The translations under genes and the position numbers were made by a program. A DNA stretch of 14,445 bases from an uncultured Saprospiraceae bacterium (lineage in GTDB: Bacteria > Bacteroidota > Bacteroidia > Chitinophagales > Saprospiraceae): assembly GCA_964534315.1 (NCBI GenBank), contig CAZHOV010000142.1, forward strand, positions 1 to 14,445. Reading direction: 5' to 3'. Position 1 is the first letter of the stretch. Each line of letters opens with the position of its first letter. Of the stretch, positions 6,108 through 14,445 are shown piece after piece. The notes under the pieces are model-generated. The model was given only the letters and a program-made list of their open reading frames with translations, was not told the origin of the DNA and made no database searches.

Positions 6108-6644
6108 TTGATTTATTTAGGGAATAGAAAGATGAAGATGAAGAACGAATTATCAGAGGAATTCAGCATTTCTGGTTATGAGATAAGAAATATTAAAGAG
6201 CTCGAATTTGCACAATTAGTTCGATCTGATATTCCGCAAGAAATTGTTTTAGCCATTTTAGGAGATTTCCATGATAGTCCTCCGGAAATGGTCATTCAAA
6301 GAATTTTAAATCGACTTTTTGAAATTAGTAGGGGGGAGTTGGAACTCCAGAAGTATATCCGACAGTTGAATATTTTATCAAGACTTCGTAAATTACAACA
6401 TCTAACCATTAAAACGATAAAGAATATGCCTATTTCATACGATATTCAAAAAGATGAACTTTTTTTAGAGGGAATGAAGAAAGGTTTGGAACAAGGTCGA
6501 GCAATGGCAAAGAATGAAAAAATGAACATCATCAGAAATTTATTGCTATTGGGAACGCTTACTATTAGCCAGATTGCTAGTTTAACGGAGACGGAAGAGT
6601 CTTTGATCTTGGAAATTAAAGCTGAGATAGAGGAGGAAGAATAA
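6108..6644 (+). pseudogene. C-terminal fragment of the same Rpn/YhgA-like family gene (DUF4351-like tail), in a different frame from the N-terminal fragment
   Basis: The C-terminus reads DIQKDELFLEGMKKGLEQGRAMAKNEKMNIIRNLLLLGTLTISQIASLTETEESL. This matches the G-x3-G-repeat plus LL...QIA.LT tail typical of Rpn-family C-terminal domains. The first ATG is at 6132. The frame is open from 6045, and stop codons separate it from the 5' fragment. Confidence 0.5.
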
Positions 6645-6648
6645 AAAA

Positions 6649-6671
6649 GTCCCGTCTCAAAAAGACGGGAC
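6649..6671 (-). terminator. Intrinsic terminator of the giant adhesin gene
   Basis: GTCCCGTC-tcaaaaa-GACGGGAC forms an 8-bp GC-rich stem. On the - strand it is followed by UUUUUUA (complement of 6642-6648), about 60 nt after the adhesin stop. It lies 5 nt after the Rpn fragment stop on the + strand, where no U-tract follows. Confidence 0.65.
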
Positions 6672-6734
6672 CAGTAAATGCTCACCTTGTCATCACATAT
6701 AAGAAACGACCTTGGTTCAAGTTTTTGTTTTTTG

Positions 6735-9700
6735 TTATCTACTTAGCGTAACGTCTCCTAGCATTTTTCGAATCTCTCCGTTGGCAAGTTCAATTTCAAT
6801 CATATATACAAAGACGGCATTATTCAATTCCCTGCCGTTTTGGGTACCGTCCCACCCTAAGGAGGGATCATTAGGGGTAAAATTGATTCTACTGAACACT
6901 ACATTTCCCCACCGGTCAAAAATGGAGAGTCGCCTGATTATGTTTACACTTTCGTCTGAAGTAAATATGGTGAAGAAATCATTATTTCCGTCACCATTAG
7001 GTGAAAAAATATTGGGTATATAAACAGGCGGACGCTCATCCACAATGATATTTATGGCATCACTTGCTTCACAGCTGTTACTGTCTCTGGCAATGACTTC
7101 TACTACCGTGCTTTCCAACGGCTTCAGAGTGATTTCGGATTGCATGGATTCAATTAATAATCCGTTGGCAAACCACTCAATTTCTTCAGGAACGAAGTTG
7201 GCCTGAAGCTTAATTTCCTGCTCGTCACCCAATAATATCCGGTCATCGTCGCCTATTTCCACTCTTAACTCTTGAGGGGCCGTCAAAGAAATAAAAGTGT
7301 CCAACTGACAATCATTAGCATCCTTGATAACCAAATCGTAAGCTCCGCCTTCCAGAAAAGAAAATTGCCACTGATTGATCGAAGTGTTGCCATTTAAGGA
7401 TATGCTTAAGGGAGCAACGCCACCTTCAAGTTCAGTAATCTCAATTACTCCATCATTTTCTTTAAAGCACGAAGGTGCCTTACTGATTACGCTTACTTTT
7501 TCCAGCACCGGTGCTTCATCGATAAAGATGGAGTCGATGGCGATACAGCCATTGGGAGCTTTTGTTTGTAAAATATAGTATCCGCCAGTTTCAACTTGGG
7601 GAGAAGGCCCATCGTGGGTAAAATTGTCGGGGCCAGTCCAGCTATAGGTTTCAATAGGCTGGAAAGACAGACTTTGAATAGTAACCCGGGGATTGCTACA
7701 TTTGATGGTTGCTCCGCTCAGATTGACGGCCGGTGGAAGTAAATCAGCTTGAACGGTAACCCATTCTACTGTCTCGCATTGGTTAGGTGCTGTAACTGTG
7801 ACAGAATAATCACCAGGTGTATTGATTTCAGGAGATGGTATGGTGGATTCGAATCCATTGGGACCGCTCCATTGATACAATAGGTTTGGGGTGTCTGAAT
7901 TGGTTGCCAACGTAATAGAAGGCTCATTGCAGGAAATAGTGCCCGATTCAATGGTTAGCTCAGGAAAATCTACCTCTAGCTCAACCGTTGTAATAGATTG
8001 TGTAGTACAACCGTTCGGTCCGGTTAAGACCAATTCATAAAGGCCAGGCTCATCAATTACCGGGTTGGGAGTGGTATATATAATGCCCGTTGGGCTAGTC
8101 CACTCGAATAGCACATTGGATGTAGAAGAAGCAGCTTGTAAGGAAATACTGGTAGTTTCGCAATCAAGTGTGCCTCCTTGTATGGAGTCAAGGACAGGTG
8201 GAGTGGTGTCATCTACGACTTCTGTAGAAGCTAAAGTGTTACACCCGTTTTGTCCGGATAGTTCAATCTGGTAAATTCCGGGTTCAGTTATTTCTACTTC
8301 AGGAGTAAAGAAAATTTGACCCGATGGCCCAGTCCATTCAACGTTGACATCATTGGAGGTAGAGGTTACCAGTATGATTGCACTGTCATTGTTACAGTCG
8401 ATTACTCCGCCTTGAAGTTGACTGATTACAGGTGAAATGGTATCTAGTAAAACCTCTACTTGTGTAGTGTTTGAGCAACCATTTGGGGAGGTTACAGTTG
8501 CTTCATAGGCTCCTGGAGTAGTAACTGTTTTGATACTTCCCAGAAGGGATTGTCCCCCCGGTGTAATCCATTCGATCAACGCATTTTGGGCAGATGTCTG
8601 TACCTCTATAGAAGCAATGGTGTTATTACAGTCAATGGTGCCGCCCTGGGAGAAAGTAATTTCCGGGATCTGCAAGTCCTCCAAGACCGTTGTTTGGCTG
8701 GATGACAAGCAACCGTTATTATTGTTTATTACTGTTAGCGTGTAATTTCCAGGTTCAGTAACCGGTGGATTAGGGGAATTGAGTAACTGACCACTTGGTG
8801 TTTCCCAGGTATAGGAATAACCAGCTCCGGTTGAGCTATTTCCTATGGACAGCGTTAATGAGGGGGTGGAACAGTCAATGGTTCCACCAATAGCGTCTGC
8901 TACAGGAGGTGTAGTATCTTCTGAAACGAAGAATTCACTCTGCGCAGAACACCCCGTCAGAGCATCTGTTACGGTCACTGAATAAAGCCCTCCTGAATTC
9001 ACGGTAAGTGAGGTGCCGGTTCCGCCAAAATCCCAGTCAAAGAGGAAATTTCCACTACCCCCACTTGCAAGCGCATCCAGTGTAGCGGTAGGTTCAAAAC
9101 AGTTGATATCACCTGATCCGGAGACTACAACTTCGGGATCGCTGTAGAACGTGATATTGGGGCCGGTAGTCATTGATAAGCAAACATCATTTAGGTCCAC
9201 TTGTCCATTAGCATTATTTCCCACGACAGCAGTTACCTGGTAAGGTACCCCAAAAGTCATACTACTATTGTAGCTAAATATTCCTGAAGTATTTCTAGCA
9301 AGTATGGCTCCGCTGAGCGGATCAGCACCGCTATGTAGAATAAATTCGAGTAGATCATCAGAGCCAATTATTTCATTGCCATCATGAGCTACTAATGCAG
9401 TCTCACTTTCACAAGTTATTATCGAAGCGTTGGGCAATGTTCCCGCATCTGTAATGCATTGTATCGGGCAAGTATAATTACCGGATACAAAATAGAATGC
9501 CGGACAGAATCCACCCGTAAATATTTCGAATGAATAAGAAGTACCTGTAGGAATAGGATCTGAGAAGAAACTATTGCCATTGATGGCTCCTGAAGAGGAG
9601 AAAAAAGGACCATCTCCAAAAATATCAAATGAAACAGTATAAAACTGGCCGGAAGGATCGCAAATTTCAGATATTCCTCCAATATCAATTTGATCGTAAG

Positions 9701-12700
9701 GTTCCCAAATAATCTCAAAGGTATGCAGTTCATCGCAGCCTTCGGGGCCAATTACCAATTCTTCATAATATCCAGGGGCGCAGTAAGTATTCCCCAAATA
9801 AAAGAAACATTCTCCCTCACAAAGGATAATTGGACCCAGGTCAAATACCTGGAAGGGAATGACGTCAATCGTAATGATCCTTAATAAACAAGAATCGGGG
9901 CAAGAGAAGGTGGTCGAATAATCATAGGTGTTTTCGCAGAGCTCTATAGATTCGCCTTCACAGATCGTATAGTATTCGTACTCAATATCAAAATCAACAT
10001 CGACATCCAAGTCGGCGCCCCAGTCACAACCACCTGAGAATCCGCCTCCTGAACAGCAAAATACATTGTTGTTAGTCGTATCGGGCATCGTCATTGAGGT
10101 GTCAATCGGCATTCCTGAGGTATCTATGGTAACTCCTGAACCAGAACTAAACAAATCAACAAAAATATTGAAATCACTGGTGTCTGTAGCAACGACCATC
10201 ACCGTAAATACATCTACACTATCCGTAATAAACTGGGCTCCGTCGGTTGAGGTTTGCCATACCAGGTGAACTGTATCACTAGTTGATTGGATACAGGCAG
10301 GTAACTGGCATCCATAACCCGGGCCATCGGGGTCTGGTGGGTCAATTTCCGTAGAACATACTGGGGGGATATAGGTATAAATTCCGGTATCTCCCAGGCA
10401 CAAGGAGGTAGGGCCAATGATTTGGGCTGGTGCATCCTGTGTAATAGTGCCTATAGGTAGGGTGCCACCAATACCTTGAATCCCAAGAATAGTATAATGG
10501 CACTCAGCTGCATCGACACCATCTATTAAGAGGTAATACGTCTCCTCGGTATCAAGGCCTGTAAAGGTTATGGTATCTAAAACACCCTCATTTGCTGTTT
10601 GGCATTCACCAATGACTTCAAAATTTTCGCAGGAATCGGTCAGGACTACTGCAAATTCGAGTCCGTCGCCAGTGTAGCATAATGGTATTTCTACTTCAAA
10701 CGAAATTGTTGGTTCACATGGGGAAAAGCCCAGCCAACTGCCATTTTCGGTTAGATTGGAACAAGAAGAGTTATTAACCAAGTTGATGGTATCAGGGTTG
10801 AAGTCTTGATTGTCGGAACAGTAAGAGGCATAATATTCACTACACAGGATAGGGGCTTCTTCACAATTATCACCTGGAGGGGCGGGTTGGTTGTACCCAC
10901 AATTTGAGGGAGTATAGGGTAGGAAAATTGTATCGGAATCCATGCAATTAGGTGGTTGGGAAAAAATAGTGAAGACATACCAGCCGGGGTTTTGGGCAGC
11001 AAATGCTAACCCCGAGGCTAAAAGGTTTCCGTTTAGGTCAGTCCATTCTAAACCGTCAATATTCCCATTCAAAATAGAATTCGATCCATCCAGGATCACT
11101 GGTTGCCCATTGTCAGAAATAGTAGTATCTGGTCCGATGAAACTAATGATCGCTTCATTAGGCTGTACGACTTCTACAACAAAATTTAATAAGGTATCAC
11201 AGTTTTCTGGTGAAGAAGAGGGAAGTGTATAAGGCAACGAGTAAGTATCATAATCTGGGAGCGTGTAGTTATCAATAATAATAGGAAGTTCTTCCGCGCA
11301 AATTGTAGTATCCCTAGTAATAATTGGTTGACTAGTAATAGTATAGAGTTCACAAACAGTAATGCCAGGCTCACAACCTCCCATAATGGTTACACATATT
11401 TCCCCTGGAATGATGGGCTCAAAGGTAAATGTATTGTCATTAGTTATTATGGGCGTATTAATCCCAGGAGCAGACCATTGATAACTGGCTGGGCCAGATA
11501 CGGGCGGGGCTGTATAAGTGAATGATTGCCCAAAGCAAGGGTTAAGGTTTCCAAAAATAGTGTCTTGAAGAACCTCGAGTGTATCGCTTTCTTCTACCTG
11601 AATGGTGTATCCGCAAGTTGCCCCATTGATGCCATCAATCAAAAGGTAGTAGCTGTCAAGAGTTGCAGGATCTACATTTGCGACAGACAGGGTAGCAGTA
11701 TCTCCGGAAAGAATAGTAACACAAGGTGTGACCGGATCATTGTTACAATCCGTAAATATTTGCGCTTCAAGCCCGCTACCGGCACTACAAGAATCTACAA
11801 TGATGGAAATGTCGGTCTGGCAACCACAAGAATAAAAAGGGATCCAATCGGGATTATCCAGAGAGCCGCAAAAGCCTGGTAGACTGTCTTGTGTAGGTAG
11901 CGTATCCGTCCAATTGGAATAACCATCTAGGCAGGCACAGTCTGCAAAAGGAATATTTTGATTGGCGATACCCTGGCAGTCATCAACAGGAGTGGTACAT
12001 ACACAATCCAGGCCGGCGGGATCACAAAAAATGAGCTCAAAATTCAGTAATTGACCTTCGTCAAGATTAACCCCATCAGTGACGGATAATGTCCATGTTC
12101 CATTAACTGGGCCACTATTAAAATCTTCCAAACAACCATTGTAGGGGTAGTAAGAGCCATTATAAGTCTGAAAATTCGCCCAAGGTTCATTATTACTCCA
12201 CACAGGCTCTATCCCAAAGTCAGGATTGGCTATTGCTCCACAGGATACAAATCCTACATTCCAGGTAGTAAATTGTGTTATATTAAAAGTCGTGATCGGG
12301 CCAACCAGATCAACGGATTGTCCGGAAGGGGAAGTTAGGGTCATGCTCAAGTCACCGACATCATCATGTTCAAAATCGAGGAAAATGGCGCATACGCCTT
12401 GTTGAGGATTCGATAAGTCATTATTGGCTATATCATTTATTTCCAGGTAAAAATCGCTGGTAGCCTGATCTTCGATGGTACCAGGACAATTTAGGCAATT
12501 GCAAGGATTACTTTGTTGAAGCACCTCTACTGTAGTGCAAAATTGTTGGTTACCGCATGTATCATAAACGATGGTCATACAAATTTCTCCTCCTTGCGAT
12601 CCCATGGTGATGGAGGCTTCAAATTGACCGGGGCCTGCAGAGATAATGGCACCTGGAGGAGCAGACCATAAAACATCTATTACGGTACCCTGGCAAGGAT

Positions 12701-13331
12701 CGCCAAAGGCGCAACAACTGTCAGAGATGGGACCAACACAGGATAAGTCTTCTGCTTCATCTACTTCTAGCTGGTAGGTATAAGTGCCACCTTCAAAGAC
12801 GAGCGTCGGTCCATCCAGACAGTACTCATCATATGCAATAGAGCATGGTTCTAAAATACTGCCGCTTATTACATTTACGGACCAATCACAAACATCTCCG
12901 GCCCATCCATCCACCATCAGGTAGTAGATTTGACCTACTGTCAGGTTGGTGGCAATAAGGGGGCCAGGAGCAGGCATTGCTGGATTCAAGCAATTGGAAA
13001 CAGGAATAAATAATTGACAATCTGAAAAAAATTGGGATTGCAATCCATCACCCACCTGACAATTGGAAGGTGTTATCAATAATTCTAAAGATGACGAGCC
13101 CGCCACGAATGCAATCCAGTGATTATTTTCTACAGAACCACAAAAACTAGGTGGAATATCTTGAGTATTTGGTAATGATGGAGTAGTGGAGCAATATCCA
13201 TCAAATTCTTCAGGGCACAGTAAGGGAGCCTGGTCAATAGTAAGCCCCGGAGGAAATGGGACATTACACTGTCCCATTCCCAATTGGGCAAACATCAAAA
13301 AGCAGAAAATAGTAATTAGTAGTTGTTTCAT
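6735..13331 (-). CDS. Giant (2198 aa) SprB-like cell-surface adhesin and T9SS type-B cargo. Domains in order: signal peptide, three Cys-rich modules, P-domain, eight tandem Ig-like SprB-type repeats, CHU_C/TIGR04131 C-terminal domain
   Basis: The N-terminal signal peptide is MKQLLITIFCFLMFAQLGMG. The proprotein-convertase P-domain signature is VGDLSMTLTSPSGQSVDLV...NGTWTLSVTDGVNLDEGQLLNFELIF. About 80-aa repeats follow the pattern GGTIDC...Y.W.GP.G.......P......PG.Y...VT..NGC....... The canonical type-B CTD motif is VYIPNIFSPNGDGNNDFFTI...FDRWGNVVF. Confidence 0.9.
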   Translation of the reverse strand: MKQLLITIFCFLMFAQLGMGQCNVPFPPGLTIDQAPLLCPEEFDGYCSTTPSLPNTQDIPPSFCGSVENNHWIAFVAGSSSLELLITPSNCQVGDGLQSQFFSDCQLFIPVSNCLNPAMPAPGPLIATNLTVGQIYYLMVDGWAGDVCDWSVNVISGSILEPCSIAYDEYCLDGPTLVFEGGTYTYQLEVDEAEDLSCVGPISDSCCAFGDPCQGTVIDVLWSAPPGAIISAGPGQFEASITMGSQGGEICMTIVYDTCGNQQFCTTVEVLQQSNPCNCLNCPGTIEDQATSDFYLEINDIANNDLSNPQQGVCAIFLDFEHDDVGDLSMTLTSPSGQSVDLVGPITTFNITQFTTWNVGFVSCGAIANPDFGIEPVWSNNEPWANFQTYNGSYYPYNGCLEDFNSGPVNGTWTLSVTDGVNLDEGQLLNFELIFCDPAGLDCVCTTPVDDCQGIANQNIPFADCACLDGYSNWTDTLPTQDSLPGFCGSLDNPDWIPFYSCGCQTDISIIVDSCSAGSGLEAQIFTDCNNDPVTPCVTILSGDTATLSVANVDPATLDSYYLLIDGINGATCGYTIQVEESDTLEVLQDTIFGNLNPCFGQSFTYTAPPVSGPASYQWSAPGINTPIITNDNTFTFEPIIPGEICVTIMGGCEPGITVCELYTITSQPIITRDTTICAEELPIIIDNYTLPDYDTYSLPYTLPSSSPENCDTLLNFVVEVVQPNEAIISFIGPDTTISDNGQPVILDGSNSILNGNIDGLEWTDLNGNLLASGLAFAAQNPGWYVFTIFSQPPNCMDSDTIFLPYTPSNCGYNQPAPPGDNCEEAPILCSEYYASYCSDNQDFNPDTINLVNNSSCSNLTENGSWLGFSPCEPTISFEVEIPLCYTGDGLEFAVVLTDSCENFEVIGECQTANEGVLDTITFTGLDTEETYYLLIDGVDAAECHYTILGIQGIGGTLPIGTITQDAPAQIIGPTSLCLGDTGIYTYIPPVCSTEIDPPDPDGPGYGCQLPACIQSTSDTVHLVWQTSTDGAQFITDSVDVFTVMVVATDTSDFNIFVDLFSSGSGVTIDTSGMPIDTSMTMPDTTNNNVFCCSGGGFSGGCDWGADLDVDVDFDIEYEYYTICEGESIELCENTYDYSTTFSCPDSCLLRIITIDVIPFQVFDLGPIILCEGECFFYLGNTYCAPGYYEELVIGPEGCDELHTFEIIWEPYDQIDIGGISEICDPSGQFYTVSFDIFGDGPFFSSSGAINGNSFFSDPIPTGTSYSFEIFTGGFCPAFYFVSGNYTCPIQCITDAGTLPNASIITCESETALVAHDGNEIIGSDDLLEFILHSGADPLSGAILARNTSGIFSYNSSMTFGVPYQVTAVVGNNANGQVDLNDVCLSMTTGPNITFYSDPEVVVSGSGDINCFEPTATLDALASGGSGNFLFDWDFGGTGTSLTVNSGGLYSVTVTDALTGCSAQSEFFVSEDTTPPVADAIGGTIDCSTPSLTLSIGNSSTGAGYSYTWETPSGQLLNSPNPPVTEPGNYTLTVINNNNGCLSSSQTTVLEDLQIPEITFSQGGTIDCNNTIASIEVQTSAQNALIEWITPGGQSLLGSIKTVTTPGAYEATVTSPNGCSNTTQVEVLLDTISPVISQLQGGVIDCNNDSAIILVTSTSNDVNVEWTGPSGQIFFTPEVEITEPGIYQIELSGQNGCNTLASTEVVDDTTPPVLDSIQGGTLDCETTSISLQAASSTSNVLFEWTSPTGIIYTTPNPVIDEPGLYELVLTGPNGCTTQSITTVELEVDFPELTIESGTISCNEPSITLATNSDTPNLLYQWSGPNGFESTIPSPEINTPGDYSVTVTAPNQCETVEWVTVQADLLPPAVNLSGATIKCSNPRVTIQSLSFQPIETYSWTGPDNFTHDGPSPQVETGGYYILQTKAPNGCIAIDSIFIDEAPVLEKVSVISKAPSCFKENDGVIEITELEGGVAPLSISLNGNTSINQWQFSFLEGGAYDLVIKDANDCQLDTFISLTAPQELRVEIGDDDRILLGDEQEIKLQANFVPEEIEWFANGLLIESMQSEITLKPLESTVVEVIARDSNSCEASDAINIIVDERPPVYIPNIFSPNGDGNNDFFTIFTSDESVNIIRRLSIFDRWGNVVFSRINFTPNDPSLGWDGTQNGRELNNAVFVYMIEIELANGEIRKMLGDVTLSR
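7270..9130 (-). repeat. Coding region for eight tandem ~78-aa Ig-like (SprB/HYR-type) repeats within the adhesin, with a DNA period of about 240 nt
   Basis: Repeat boundaries map near 7500, 7740, 7970, 8200, 8450, 8700 and 8930 by back-translation of the D(T)TPP / L.D.I.P linkers. The repeats are diverged at the DNA level, so they are not recent duplications. Confidence 0.6.
12021..12407 (-). other. Proprotein-convertase-like P-domain segment of the adhesin
   Basis: Back-translation places PQQGVCAIFLDFEHDDVGDLSM at 12342-12407 and LLNFELIFCD at 12021-12050. Confidence 0.55.
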
Positions 13332-13536
13332 AGCACTATATTTTAGTTGGACGTAACATGAGATATATTTTGAGTCATCAGTTTAAAAAAAATAGGCCAA
13401 AAAACTTCTAGCATCGCTGCCGAAGTACATCTGACCTATTGGTACCTACTATTCATAGGAATCATAAGGGGCAATTTGGCTATTAATAGTTTTGTATATG
13501 AAAAAACAGCGGAAAATATTCTAAATCGTATCGGTG

Positions 13537-14445
13537 TTAGTTCAGTATCAGCTTGCCACTCATTTTTTTACCGTTATCTAGCACGATCTGAAAAACATAA
13601 ATTCCTTTAGAAAGTCCATTTGGTCGATATTGGAAAATGGGGGTGTTTATTATTTGCCGATCAATCCTTTTTCCCATTATGTCATATAGCTCAAAGGTGC
13701 CTTCCTCAAACTGATCGTTTATTTCAAAATTTACATGATCTATAAATGGATTGGGGTAGGCGTTGACTCTTAAAACCGCTTTTTTGTTCAACTCATTATT
13801 GACATTTACAATAATGAAATTCTCTCCTACAAGGTGATCCGTTTCATTGGTAATGATCGGTTCGTTAAAATCGAAGTAAATGGCCGCCTCATTGTAAATA
13901 TGTGTTCCTATCGGGTTATCCTTTTGCTGCGCGATCCTAAATTTTACAAAACCGTGGGAGGCAGCTTCGTTTGTGGTACTGTCAGGCAATAAGATGTTAG
14001 GAAACATAAATTTCAATACTTTCATCCCTGTTCCGGTCACTTCAAAATTGTAGGCATGACTACTGGCGCCAAGTTGTAGGGTGCTAATGTCGAGATATTC
14101 TGAAAGGGTATCTCTGATCTCCACGTAAAAAGCAGTATCCGTACCGGTATTTTGAAACCGGATCATATATTCTATATCGGTATTGGGTTCAATAAAGTGT
14201 TCTTCTCCAAAGCCTTTCGGAAACGCGAGTTTATCATTTGGATCAAAGGAGGCGATGCTTTCTCTGCAATCCACATCTTTGAACGGATCGGCGTCGTTCA
14301 TAGGGAACTGTATGACATATCCCAGACTTCCGGGGTCGCCTCCACATCCTTCTACTGCGATGGCAGGATTACTGTAGCCGGGATGACCGGCACTTTGCTC
14401 TGCCTGTAGTCTAACGGTACGGCCCTCAGGCTGATAAATGATAAC
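13537..14445 (-). CDS. 3' portion of a T9SS type-A cargo protein gene whose 5' end is beyond the window. It encodes a conserved beta-sandwich-like domain with a C..S.DPNDK motif plus a Por_Secre_tail C-terminal domain
   Basis: The reading frame is open from 14301 to the window edge at 14445 (...VIYQPEGRTVRLQAEQSAGHPGYSNPAIAVEGCGGDPGSLGYVIQFPMNDADPFKDVDCRESIASFDPNDKLAFP...). The C-terminal ~75 aa (LRVNAYPNPFIDHVNFEI...GIYVFQIVLDNGKKMSGKLILN) match the T9SS type-A sorting domain. Confidence 0.8.
   Translation of the reverse strand, partial: VIIYQPEGRTVRLQAEQSAGHPGYSNPAIAVEGCGGDPGSLGYVIQFPMNDADPFKDVDCRESIASFDPNDKLAFPKGFGEEHFIEPNTDIEYMIRFQNTGTDTAFYVEIRDTLSEYLDISTLQLGASSHAYNFEVTGTGMKVLKFMFPNILLPDSTTNEAASHGFVKFRIAQQKDNPIGTHIYNEAAIYFDFNEPIITNETDHLVGENFIIVNVNNELNKKAVLRVNAYPNPFIDHVNFEINDQFEEGTFELYDIMGKRIDRQIINTPIFQYRPNGLSKGIYVFQIVLDNGKKMSGKLILN

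Noticed and set aside
6446-7023. ORFs 6446..6685 (-) and 6712..7023 (+) near the adhesin 3' end
   Set aside because: They overlap the Rpn fragment, the terminator or the adhesin CTD coding region. No motifs were found, so they are treated as spurious.
7270-9130. Tandem ~240-nt periodicity in the adhesin, considered as a mobile or repetitive DNA element
   Set aside because: The periodicity reflects diverged protein-domain repeats within one ORF. DNA identity between copies is low, so this is not a recent repeat or mobile element.
7375-11882. Sixteen short ORFs embedded in the adhesin gene, on both strands: 7375..7578, 7766..7951, 8065..8274, 8530..8745, 9419..9751, 9690..9884, 10066..10269, 10214..10435, 10751..11002, 10942..11232, 11186..11374, 11328..11525, 11526..11882
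   Set aside because: All lie inside the continuous 2198-aa adhesin ORF, which has strong domain evidence. They are shadow ORFs.
14152-14409. Plus-strand ORFs 14152..14409 and 14183..14377
   Set aside because: They are antisense to the T9SS cargo gene, whose frame stays open to the window edge.

Overview
Bacteroidota-type chromosomal segment, about 42% GC, rich in type IX secretion (T9SS) cargo signatures. The order is as follows. A PhoD-family alkaline phosphatase with a T9SS type-A C-terminal domain sits on the - strand. A divergent nfeD-like/flotillin (SPFH) operon follows on the + strand. A monocistronic phenylalanine-4-hydroxylase gene (phhA, - strand) converges on the flotillin gene, with a shared bidirectional terminator between them. 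A disrupted Rpn/YhgA-like PD-(D/E)XK nuclease-transposase gene lies on the + strand in two fragments. A 2198-aa SprB-like giant adhesin (-) carries a signal peptide, three paralogous Cys-rich modules, a proprotein-convertase P-domain, eight tandem Ig-like SprB-type repeats and a T9SS type-B (CHU_C) C-terminal domain. The 3' part of another T9SS type-A cargo gene (-) runs off the window end. The most interesting signal is immediately upstream of phhA. A 26-codon minus-strand ORF with six Tyr codons (five in a six-codon window) is embedded in a long imperfect hairpin. It is followed by a strand-specific GNRA-loop terminator and U-tract 24 nt before the phhA start. This is a textbook ribosome-mediated attenuator architecture that would couple PhhA (Phe to Tyr) expression to tyrosyl-tRNA availability. 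Other structured non-coding elements are a perfect 19-bp AT palindrome in the phhA/Rpn divergent region, a GC-rich hairpin island at the Rpn gene break, and alternating GGTGYYT half-site hairpins downstream of phoD.
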